Positions 47,143 to 55,053 of a DNA stretch of 60,039 nucleotides are shown here, piece after piece. Origin of the DNA: an uncultured Planctomycetia bacterium. GTDB taxonomy: Bacteria > Omnitrophota > Gorgyraeia > 2-01-FULL-45-10 > JAHFGN01. How positions within the stretch are numbered: position 1 is the stretch's first letter; the number at the start of each line of letters is the position of its first letter. The position numbers and the translations under genes were made by a program. The DNA is taken from the NCBI GenBank assembly GCA_964354545.1, contig CAYHAE010000007.1, forward strand, positions 1 to 60,039. The letters run 5' to 3'. The notes beneath the pieces were generated by a model, which worked only from the letters and a program-made list of their open reading frames with translations, was not told the origin of the DNA and did no database searches.

Positions 47143-47410
47143 CTAGAGCGTTTGGTCTTCGGGGCCGATCCCGCCTATCGCCCTCACGGGCTCGGCGGGA
47201 CCCCGCCAAGCACGAAGTGCGCCCGGCGGGGAAAGTGCGGAATTGCTTTTCGCCCCTCCGACCCGCTCCATGAATAGAGCGGGCGGGACTAGTGCTTCGA
47301 CAGGCTCAGTATCATTCGAAGCATCATGAGCGAAGTCGAATGACGTCCGAACGTTTCCAAAGGGAAGCCTGCGGTTTCCCTTTGAGGAACCCTTCCCTTA
47401 TGTGGAAGAC
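47143..47410 (+). repeat. tRNA-3'-linked structured module, copy 3 (long form, interrupted by a 51-bp Y-family element)
   Basis: The first ~150 nt are almost identical to copy 1. Helices 1 and 2 are maintained through G-U pairs that are valid only on the plus-strand RNA. The third hairpin is degenerate at its 3' side. Confidence 0.7.
47293..47343 (+). mobile_element. Minimal (51-bp) member of MITE-like family Y inserted in module 3
   Basis: tgcttcgacaggctca...gagcgaagtcgaatga shares both termini with the 100-bp and 151-bp copies. It is absent from the otherwise collinear module 1 (gggactag|cgtcc). Confidence 0.7.
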
Positions 47411-47509
47411 AAGGGGGTAGCGATGGACCTTCTTGGATGTTTGGTCTTCGGCCCAGAGCCATGGTTTCGGCGAGGTAGAGGTACGTGCATAAACCTATTC
47501 TCATGAAAG

Positions 47510-48229
47510 ATGGAAACGGTAAATCTTGAGGAACAGCTTAAACTCCTGATCGAGCTCCAAGGTCTGGACACTAAGATATTTGGACTCGAGGACGCATTGC
47601 GGGAGATACCCCTGACGATCAAGAAATTGGAGGACGAATTCAAAGAGAATACGAAATCGATGAAAGAGCTTGAAGATAAGATAAAGATGCTGCAGGTAAA
47701 GAGAAAAGAGAAAGAGCTTGACCTCGAGTCCCGTGAGGGAGCCATAAAAAAGCTCCAGACGCAGCTCTATCAGGTAAAAACGAATAAAGAATATGCGATG
47801 ATGCAGCAGGAGATAGAAAGGGCGAAGGCCGACAAGTCGAACGTAGAGGACGAGATCATACAATTGCTCGACGTGATCGACATCGAAAACAAGAAGCTCG
47901 CACAGGACAAAGAGCTTCTCAGGTTGGAGGAGAATAAAATGAATGGCGAGAAAGCGAAGCTCCTCGCGGACGAGAAAGAGAAGAACGCGCAGCTGGCGGT
48001 CCTGAAGGACCAGGGGAAGGTCCTCTCCGATCGTGTCGACAAGGATATGCTCTCCAAATATGAGAAAATATTGAAATCGAAAAGCGGGCTCGCGATGGCC
48101 GCCGTGAAGGGCGATGCATGCCAGGGGTGTTTCAGGGTCATGCCGCCGCAGGTGATCAATGAGATCAGGATGAAGCAGGAGCTTATATTCTGCGGTAACT
48201 GCGCAAGGATACTGTACATTGAAGAGTAA
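47510..48229 (+). CDS. Coiled-coil protein with a C-terminal C4 zinc ribbon (COG1579 / DUF164 type)
   Basis: A long heptad-rich body, then CQGC-x17-CGNC at the C-terminus. 239 aa. Confidence 0.8.
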   Translation: METVNLEEQLKLLIELQGLDTKIFGLEDALREIPLTIKKLEDEFKENTKSMKELEDKIKMLQVKRKEKELDLESREGAIKKLQTQLYQVKTNKEYAMMQQEIERAKADKSNVEDEIIQLLDVIDIENKKLAQDKELLRLEENKMNGEKAKLLADEKEKNAQLAVLKDQGKVLSDRVDKDMLSKYEKILKSKSGLAMAAVKGDACQGCFRVMPPQVINEIRMKQELIFCGNCARILYIEE

Positions 48230-48638
48230 GAGGCTTTTTTTATTTATCGATGGCGCCGCACGCGGCAATCCGGGACCCGCCGGTATAGGCGTGGTGATCA
48301 AGGGTGAGGATGAGAAAAAAGTAAAAGAGCTGTACAAGTATATAGGCGAGGCAACGAATAATACCGCGGAATACAGCGCCCTCATCTACGGCCTCCAGGA
48401 GGCCCTCATGCTGCGTGCGGATGAGGTCGTTATCAACCTCGACAGCGAACTCGTCGCCGAACAGATCAATGGGGCCTACCGGGTCAAGAACGAGAGCCTG
48501 AAGGCGCTCTTTGAGCAGGCCCTCCACATGCTCGGGAGCTTTAAGCGTTTTGAGGTGAAGCGTATCGAGCGGGAAAAGAATAAAGACGCGGATAGGTTGG
48601 CGAACAAGGCCATCAATCTCGCAGGGCTGCAGAAGTGA
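48219..48638 (+). CDS. rnhA: Ribonuclease HI family protein
   Basis: DGAARGNPGPAGIG, TNNTAEYSALIYGL, DSELV and KDADRLAN carry the DEDD catalytic residues. TTG start overlapping the upstream stop. Confidence 0.85.
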   Translation: MKSKRLFLFIDGAARGNPGPAGIGVVIKGEDEKKVKELYKYIGEATNNTAEYSALIYGLQEALMLRADEVVINLDSELVAEQINGAYRVKNESLKALFEQALHMLGSFKRFEVKRIEREKNKDADRLANKAINLAGLQK

Positions 48639-48665
48639 AGCTCCGCGACCTCTTTCTTTTCAGCC

Positions 48666-48786
48666 GTTCCGCTTCGCAAGCGGAACCCTGCCCTTGAACC
48701 AGATCATAGCTCGGTTCAGGGCAGCCCTGAACCCATCGCGATGTGGTTCGGGGCTGAACCGTCCCGCAAAGCGGGACTGGTTCACG
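48666..48786 (+). repeat. Array of four consecutive hairpins built on GAACC / GGTTC arms
   Basis: The four hairpins are gttccgc-ttcgcaa-gcggaac, ctgcccttgaacc...ggttcagggcag, ccctgaacc...ggttcgggg and ctgaaccgtcccgc-aaa-gcgggactggttca. Confidence 0.6.
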
Positions 48787-49007
48787 GGTAAATTGATATA
48801 AGCCCCTTGTCATAAAGTTATTTCATAAATACAAGATCCTTCGGCAGCGGCAATCCTCCTATCGTCGGGTTGCTTTTCACTGCCTCAGGATCAAACTTTC
48901 TTCGAAAGTTGCGCCTCGGAAGCTACAGTCCTCCCGAAATTTTCTAATGAAAATTTCGCGTCGGACTGTTTAGCGCTTCCTCGGCATCAAAATTGTTTCA
49001 CAATTTT

Positions 49008-49528
49008 GAGCAGGTCGGGTGGTCGCTCCGTCCCTTCGGGAAACCGAAAGGGCGGGGAGGAAAGTCCGAGCTCCACAGGGCAACGTACCCGCTAACGGCG
49101 GGCCGCCGCGAGGCGAGGATACCTGGCGTGCGTCAGCACGCCGCATCCTTCCGATGAAAATCGGGGGATGAGAGCCACAGAGACGAGTCCCGCCCTTTTG
49201 GTCCATTCAGTTCATTGATGGATTTTCCAAAAGGGCGGGGGTGAAACGAGGCAATCTCTACGCGGAGCAAGACCAAATAGGTCCCGATCAAAACCGTCGT
49301 CACGCTCGGGGTTTATCCTCTAGCGGCGCGGCGGACTTAGGAGCTGCCCGCTCCTACTGAGTATACGTCAGTATCGGGACGGGTAAGGTCGCTATGGTGT
49401 CGAGCCGGTCGAAAGATGGCTCGGCGCACGACCCTGTCAGCAATGGCAGGGCTAGATAGATGACCACCATGCCTGATACGCGCCACGCGCGTATCAGGCA
49501 AGACAGAACTCGGCTTATAGACCTGCTC
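49008..49528 (+). ncRNA. rnpB: RNase P RNA, bacterial type A, unusually long (~521 nt)
   Basis: P1 pairing gagcaggtc / gacctgctc. P4 strands GAGGAAAGTCCGAGCTCCACAGGGCA and ACAGAACTCGGCTTATAG. Extended helices include a 13-bp stem at ~49186-49238 and a 12-bp stem at 49471-49499. Confidence 0.92.
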
Positions 49529-49683
49529 ACATTTTCTTCGAAAATGCGATACTAGAGGTAGCGTTTTAGCTGACGAAGTACCGCAGCCGGTATTCCTATT
49601 TCCTAAAGACCGCTAAACCCACCGTCAGTAGTTGAACCCCTCACACCATTCCGGCCCTATTTTATCCACGATTTCCCCATTTC

Positions 49684-49712
49684 TTGACAAATAATATACA
49701 ATAGTGTATACT
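49684..49712 (+). promoter_or_regulatory. Consensus sigma-70 promoter of the dcw cluster (TTGACA - 17 nt - TATACT)
   Basis: -35 at 49684-49689 and -10 at 49707-49712. Confidence 0.7.
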
Positions 49713-49724
49713 TAGTACCAAAAA

Positions 49725-49758
49725 GTGACATAATGTGGAATAAAGTGGAGGAACGGTG
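49725..49758 (+). promoter_or_regulatory. Candidate MraZ operator: GTGNN direct repeats at exact 10-bp phasing
   Basis: GTGAC at 49725, GTGGA at 49735, GTGGA at 49745 and GGTG at 49755, lying between the -10 element and the mraZ GTG start. Confidence 0.55.
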
Positions 49759-50208
49759 TTCTACGGGACATTCGCACATTCCATAGATAAAAAGGGAAGG
49801 CTGATCATCCCGTCCAAATTCCGCGAGTCCTTCAAAGAACACTACGCGGAAAAATTCTACATTACCACGGGGCTCGATAAGTGTCTCTTCATGTTCACGG
49901 AAGATGAGTGGCGCCATCAGGAGTCGAAGTTCAAATCCGTTTCGTTCACAAAATCCGACGCCCGAAAATTTAACAGATTATATTTTGCGGGTGCGAGCGA
50001 CGTCGAGTGCGACAAGCAGGGCCGCATCCTCGTTCCCAAATATTTGAAGGACTATGCGGACATCAAGAGGGACGTGGTGATCATCGGCGTCTCGAACAGG
50101 ATAGAGATATGGGCGAAGGAGAAGTGGCACGAGTACTACGAATCGTCCAAGCAGTCGTATGAGGCGATTGCCGAGAAGATTATCGAACCGGAGGGCCAAG
50201 AGGGTTAA
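49756..50208 (+). CDS. mraZ: Transcriptional regulator MraZ
   Basis: FYGTFAHSIDKKGRLIIPSKFRE and a second SpoVT/AbrB-like half containing DKQGRILVPKYL. GTG start. Confidence 0.93.
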   Translation: MFYGTFAHSIDKKGRLIIPSKFRESFKEHYAEKFYITTGLDKCLFMFTEDEWRHQESKFKSVSFTKSDARKFNRLYFAGASDVECDKQGRILVPKYLKDYADIKRDVVIIGVSNRIEIWAKEKWHEYYESSKQSYEAIAEKIIEPEGQEG

Positions 50209-50239
50209 CAGAGTTGACGAAGCAATGGAGGTGATGACC

Positions 50240-50434
50240 ATGATGGTACGAAGTCTTCATCAGATATATAGCATACCGCACCCAGGATACAAGACGGTCG
50301 ATCCCAATGCATATATCGCGAGGCTCAAGAGGCTGAGGGCCATGGGCCCCGGTCATTCTGGGACTGAGAAGGATGGGCACGGGCCGAAGCACGACCTGCT
50401 CGCCGGAATGAAGATCTTTTTGAAAACCCGGTAG
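50240..50434 (+). CDS. Possible 64-aa small protein filling the mraZ-rsmH gap
   Basis: GGAGGTG lies 6 nt before ATG 50240, and the stop TAG (50432-50434) sits 1 nt before the rsmH ATG. Translation starts MMVRSLHQIYSIPHPGYKTVDPNAYIARLKRLRAMGPGH. No family recognised. Confidence 0.35.
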   Translation: MMVRSLHQIYSIPHPGYKTVDPNAYIARLKRLRAMGPGHSGTEKDGHGPKHDLLAGMKIFLKTR

Positions 50435-50435
50435 G

Positions 50436-51347
50436 ATGATAGGAGCGTCCGCACCGGTGCACCAGAGCGTATTGGCGAAGGAGGTGGTCGAGAGCCTGCG
50501 GTTGGAGCCTGGTGACGTGATCGTGGACGCAACGGTGGGCGGCGGGGGGCACGCCGCGGAGATACTCCGGAGGATAGTGCCGGGCGGGAAGCTCATAGGG
50601 ATCGATGCCGATCCCCATGCCCTTGAAATCGCGGCCCGTATGCTGCGGGATTTCGGTAACGAGGTGATCTTGCGACACGCGAATTTTAGATGTCTGGATT
50701 CTGTATTGAAAGACGTGAAGGTGTCTGCGATCTCCGGGATCGTGTTCGACCTCGGCGTATCATCGTATCAGCTCGAGGACGCCTCGCGGGGATTTGGGAT
50801 AAAGACCGATTCGCGCCTTGATATGCGGATGGACCCGCACAACCGCATGAGCGCATTCGACGTGGTGAACCGTGCCGGCGAGAAGGACCTCGCGGATATC
50901 CTGTATCGGTACGGCGAGGAGAGGTTTTCGAGGCGCATTGCACGGGCGGTGGTCTACGCGCGTGCACGGAAGCCAATCGACACGACGAAAGAGCTTGCCC
51001 GGATAGTGGCACGAAGCATACCCGGCCGCTGTCGCCCGCGTGCGATCCATCCGGCGACCCGGACTTTCCAGGCGCTGCGCATTTACGTGAACGATGAATT
51101 GGGCGCGCTCGAGGAGGGCCTCGGGAAGGCGATCGAGCATCTGGAAGGGGGAGCGAGGATATCGGTCATCTCGTTCCACTCCCTCGAGGACAGGATCGTG
51201 AAGCAGGCATTCAAGGGATTTTCGAACGATAAGCTCATGACGATAGTAACGAAGAAACCTATAACGCCCCGGGACGAAGAGATATCTTCAAACCCGCGTG
51301 CCCGGAGCGCGAAACTCAGGGTCGCTGAAAGGATCAGGAACGGATGA
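50436..51347 (+). CDS. rsmH: 16S rRNA (cytosine1402-N4)-methyltransferase
   Basis: HQSVLAKEV, DATVGGGGHA, DLGVSSYQLE and SFHSLEDRIVK motifs. Confidence 0.95.
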   Translation: MIGASAPVHQSVLAKEVVESLRLEPGDVIVDATVGGGGHAAEILRRIVPGGKLIGIDADPHALEIAARMLRDFGNEVILRHANFRCLDSVLKDVKVSAISGIVFDLGVSSYQLEDASRGFGIKTDSRLDMRMDPHNRMSAFDVVNRAGEKDLADILYRYGEERFSRRIARAVVYARARKPIDTTKELARIVARSIPGRCRPRAIHPATRTFQALRIYVNDELGALEEGLGKAIEHLEGGARISVISFHSLEDRIVKQAFKGFSNDKLMTIVTKKPITPRDEEISSNPRARSAKLRVAERIRNG

Positions 51348-51727
51348 GAGTATCAAGGGCATTAGCCGTCATTGTTGTCGCTGTGATGTTCGCGCTCGCC
51401 TATGTCCATCAACAGGTCGAGCTCTTGAAGTTAAGTTACCAGATAGGTTGCAACGAGAAACGGATGTCGGTTTTGCTTGACCACAGAGAAAAACTGATAT
51501 ATAATCTCACTAATCTGACATCCCCCTCGCACCTCGAAAGGATGCTCGTCTCAAAGAATGTCGCCGTAGAATATCCTCGCAAAGAGCAGGTGATAAGAGT
51601 TGCGGTGCGAGGAGGTATTGGTTCCGACCGTTCTCTGCGATTTGCAGCCGCATCCCGCGGCGGTGTCATGAACACTTTGCTTGACCTGATTGGGATGGGA
51701 CCAGAGGCGCAGGCAAAAGAGAGGTAG
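51344..51727 (+). CDS. ftsL: Cell division protein FtsL-like
   Basis: Single TM helix (ALAVIVVAVMFALAYV) followed by a short coiled segment. It occupies the canonical position between rsmH and ftsI. Confidence 0.7.
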   Translation: MRVSRALAVIVVAVMFALAYVHQQVELLKLSYQIGCNEKRMSVLLDHREKLIYNLTNLTSPSHLERMLVSKNVAVEYPRKEQVIRVAVRGGIGSDRSLRFAAASRGGVMNTLLDLIGMGPEAQAKER

Positions 51728-51769
51728 AGGGAAGCCACCTCCTCCTCTTTAACGATATAGGTTTTTATT

Positions 51770-53506
51770 GTGCACAGCGGAATTCTTAGAGCTCGCCATT
51801 GTTCTATTTTCTTTTTCTTCCTCCTTCTCCTCGGGTTTCTCGCCGCACGTCTCGTCCTGATACAGATCATTAGTTTTCCATTCTACTCATCGGTCGCGAA
51901 GGACCAGCATACTATCACGATACCTCTTGAGCCCACGCGGGGTACCATCTTTGACAGGGAGATGAGGGTCCTCGCGGTCAATCTGAAGGTCGATTCGGTC
52001 TATGCGAACCCACGCGAGGTAGCCGATGAGGCTGCTGCTGCAAAGGTCCTCGTCCCGATCCTGGGGCTCGACGAAGACTTCGTCCTCGAGCGGCTGCGGA
52101 GGGAAAAGGGTTTCGTGTGGATCAAGCGGAAGGTCACCAAGAAAGAATCGGACGCGGTGCGCAGCCTGAAAATAAAGGGCATCGACCTTGTAAGGGAATC
52201 GAAGAGGTTCTATACGAACGGAACCCTGGCCTGCCACATGCTCGGGACCACCGATATAGACAATACCGGTCTCGAATCGCTGGAGCTCGTGTATGACAAG
52301 TACCTCAAGGGCTCGGCGGGGTGGCGCATATCCACACAGGACGGAAAGCGCAGACAGCTCACGCTGTTCCAGCACGAGTACGTGCCGCCGAAGGACGGTT
52401 TCAACCTGATCCTCACCATCGATGAGGTGGTCCAGCACATCTCGGAAGAGGCGCTTGAGAAGGTATATACGAAGTATAACGCGAAGGGTGCGTCGATCAT
52501 CGTAATGGACCCCGCGTGCGGGGACATCCTTGCGATGGCGAGCCTGCCGAATTTCGATCTCAACTCAGCGAAAAATCGAAGCGCCGAATCCATGAGGAAC
52601 AGGGCGGTCACTGATTTCTTCGAGCCCGGGAGCGTATTCAAGGTGGTTACCGCGAGCGCTGCGCTCGAGGAGAAGGTAGTGGATTTCAACGACAGGTTCT
52701 TCTGCGAAAACGGCGAATATAGGGTCGGTGCGCGGATCCTCCATGACCATAGGCCTCATGGCGTCCTCACCTTCAGGGAAGTCATCGAGAAGTCGTCGAA
52801 TATCGGAACGGTGAAGGTGGCCGCGCGGCTCGGCGCCCAGACGATGTATCGATACCTCGCTAAGTTCGGATTCCGCACCCGCACCGGCATAGACCTCCCC
52901 GGGGAGGTCATCGGGATGAACAGAGATATCTCAAAATGGTCAAAGGTGAGCATGCTCGCGATCCCGATGGGGCAGGAGGTTACCACAACAGCCATTCAAC
53001 TGGCGAGGGCGATATCGGTGATCGCCAACGGAGGCCTTCTCATAACGCCCAGAGTGGTGCGGGAGGTCGTCGATACACGCGGTGAGACCATCAAGAGTTT
53101 TAAGATGCCTGAGCCTAAGAGGGTCATATCGGGCGAGACCGCCGCGCAGGTGAGGGAACTCCTGCGGGGTGTCATTGATGAAGGCACAGGCAAGAAGGCG
53201 AAGGTCGATGGATATAGTGCGGGCGGAAAGACCGGCACAGCCCAGAAGGTGGAAAGCGGAGGTATCTACTCCCATGATCGGTTTATCGCTTCTTTCATAG
53301 GATTTGCGCCTGCGGAGGATCCGAGGATCGCGATCGTCGTGTGTGTCGATGAACCCCGTCCGGTCTATTACGGCGGAGACGTCGCGGCGCCTGTCTTCGG
53401 TCGGGTGGCCGAAGAGACCCTCAAATATTTGAACACGAAAGAACCCTTCTATGTGCTCAGGGAGAAAACTCATGGTAGAGCTGAGCAAGGTGTTGCGGGG
53501 AGTTGA
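51770..53506 (+). CDS. ftsI: Peptidoglycan D,D-transpeptidase (class B PBP, FtsI)
   Basis: SxxK (GSVFKV), SxN (KSSNIG) and KTGT (GGKTGTAQ) motifs. N-terminal TM anchor. GTG start. Confidence 0.93.
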   Translation: MHSGILRARHCSIFFFFLLLLGFLAARLVLIQIISFPFYSSVAKDQHTITIPLEPTRGTIFDREMRVLAVNLKVDSVYANPREVADEAAAAKVLVPILGLDEDFVLERLRREKGFVWIKRKVTKKESDAVRSLKIKGIDLVRESKRFYTNGTLACHMLGTTDIDNTGLESLELVYDKYLKGSAGWRISTQDGKRRQLTLFQHEYVPPKDGFNLILTIDEVVQHISEEALEKVYTKYNAKGASIIVMDPACGDILAMASLPNFDLNSAKNRSAESMRNRAVTDFFEPGSVFKVVTASAALEEKVVDFNDRFFCENGEYRVGARILHDHRPHGVLTFREVIEKSSNIGTVKVAARLGAQTMYRYLAKFGFRTRTGIDLPGEVIGMNRDISKWSKVSMLAIPMGQEVTTTAIQLARAISVIANGGLLITPRVVREVVDTRGETIKSFKMPEPKRVISGETAAQVRELLRGVIDEGTGKKAKVDGYSAGGKTGTAQKVESGGIYSHDRFIASFIGFAPAEDPRIAIVVCVDEPRPVYYGGDVAAPVFGRVAEETLKYLNTKEPFYVLREKTHGRAEQGVAGS

Positions 53507-55025
53507 TTTCAGGACACACCGTGACATCTCAAAGGTGCGGATCCGCGGCATAGCTCCCCATGCCAGCCTCGCGAAGAGAGGAGACCTCTTCATCGCAGTG
53601 AGGGGCCATGCGTGCGACGGGCACCGCTTTGTGGATGAGGCGATCCGGAGAGGCGCACGCGTCGTCATCGCCGAGACCGGTGCGGCAGGAGCCGTCCGCC
53701 GCATGGCGGACGCGCCGCGCGGCCGGGAAGCCGCGGTGAGGGTCTTTGTGGACAATACGAGAGACATCCTTCCGGACATCGCCGCGAATTTCTACGGCCA
53801 TCCCTCCCGCGCATTGAGGACGGTAGGTATCACGGGCACCAACGGGAAGACGACCGTGACGTATCTTGTCGAGAGCATACTGAAGGAGCGCGGGTGCGGC
53901 GTAGGGGTGATCGGCACGATAAATTACCGGATAGGCAAGAAGACAGAGGAGTCTAAAAACACGACCCCGGGCATCCTCGAACTGCATGCGATGTTAAGAG
54001 AGATGGTCGATGCGCACCTTGAGTATGCGGTCATGGAGGTGTCAAGCCATGCGCTCGACCAGAATAGGATCGCCGGGGTAGGGCTCGATTGCGCCGCTTT
54101 CACGAACATCACAAGGGAACATCTCGATTACCATAAGACGTTCGACCGGTATATGAATGCGAAGTCAAAGATATTCACATTCCTGAAGGAGAGCGGGGTC
54201 GCAGTCCTGAACGCTGACGACCCCAGGGTCCTCGGCATCACACGTTCGATCGCAAATCCCGTAATCACCTACGGGATCACGCGAGCGGCATCCGTAATGG
54301 CCGCCGATATATCGATAGGGCTCGGAGGCTCTGCATTCACGGTGACGACAGAAAAAGGCGACATCCGTATCCGGACGCGCCTGATGGGAATGCACAATGT
54401 CTCAAACATACTCGCTGCTGTCGGCATCGCCATGGCCGAAGGGATCGATCCTTCGTACATCAAGGCCGGCCTCGAACGCGTGAGGGGAGTCCCGGGCAGG
54501 CTCGAGAGCGTGGGTGTGAGCTCATTGCGCTCGCACGGCTCGCCACGCCCGCCGGGTTCGCAGCGCGTGCTTCGCTCGCCATTTCATGTCTATGTGGACT
54601 ATGCCCATACCGATGATGCGCTCTCCAATGTGCTCAGGCTCTTGAGGAGCGCGGTGCGGGCAGGCGCGCGCGACATCATCACGGTATTCGGATGCGGCGG
54701 CGACAGGGATAAATTCAAGAGGCCCAGGATGGGGAGGGTTGCGTGTCTCCTCTCTGACAAAGTGGTGATCACGTCAGATAACCCGAGGAGCGAGAGACCC
54801 GCGTCGATCATCGCGGACATCGTCAAGGGCACGAAAGGGAGGTTCTCCAACTACGTGATAGAAGAGGATAGGGCCGCTGCGATCAAGAAGGCGCTCTTAA
54901 TGGCAAAGGAGGGAGACTGCGTTCTCATTGCGGGGAAGGGGCACGAGAAGCATCAGATCATCGGGGACAGGGTAATTCCATTTGACGATCGGAAAGTCGT
55001 GAAGGATTTCTTGAGAAGACTTTGA
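53472..55025 (+). CDS. murE: UDP-MurNAc-L-Ala-D-Glu--2,6-diaminopimelate ligase
   Basis: GITGTNGKTT and DYAHTDDAL, plus the DNPR motif (TSDNPRSE) that indicates meso-DAP specificity. Has a ~20-aa low-complexity insertion before DYAHT. Confidence 0.94.
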   Translation: MVELSKVLRGVDFRTHRDISKVRIRGIAPHASLAKRGDLFIAVRGHACDGHRFVDEAIRRGARVVIAETGAAGAVRRMADAPRGREAAVRVFVDNTRDILPDIAANFYGHPSRALRTVGITGTNGKTTVTYLVESILKERGCGVGVIGTINYRIGKKTEESKNTTPGILELHAMLREMVDAHLEYAVMEVSSHALDQNRIAGVGLDCAAFTNITREHLDYHKTFDRYMNAKSKIFTFLKESGVAVLNADDPRVLGITRSIANPVITYGITRAASVMAADISIGLGGSAFTVTTEKGDIRIRTRLMGMHNVSNILAAVGIAMAEGIDPSYIKAGLERVRGVPGRLESVGVSSLRSHGSPRPPGSQRVLRSPFHVYVDYAHTDDALSNVLRLLRSAVRAGARDIITVFGCGGDRDKFKRPRMGRVACLLSDKVVITSDNPRSERPASIIADIVKGTKGRFSNYVIEEDRAAAIKKALLMAKEGDCVLIAGKGHEKHQIIGDRVIPFDDRKVVKDFLRRL

Positions 55026-55053
55026 AGCTATTATCTGCATCACAATAATAGAC

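Noticed and set aside
46064-47500. Possible CRISPR array in the repeat-dense tRNA region.
   Set aside because: The repeats are of several unrelated families, vary in length from 26 to 230 bp, and are not separated by uniform unique spacers. No cas genes are present.
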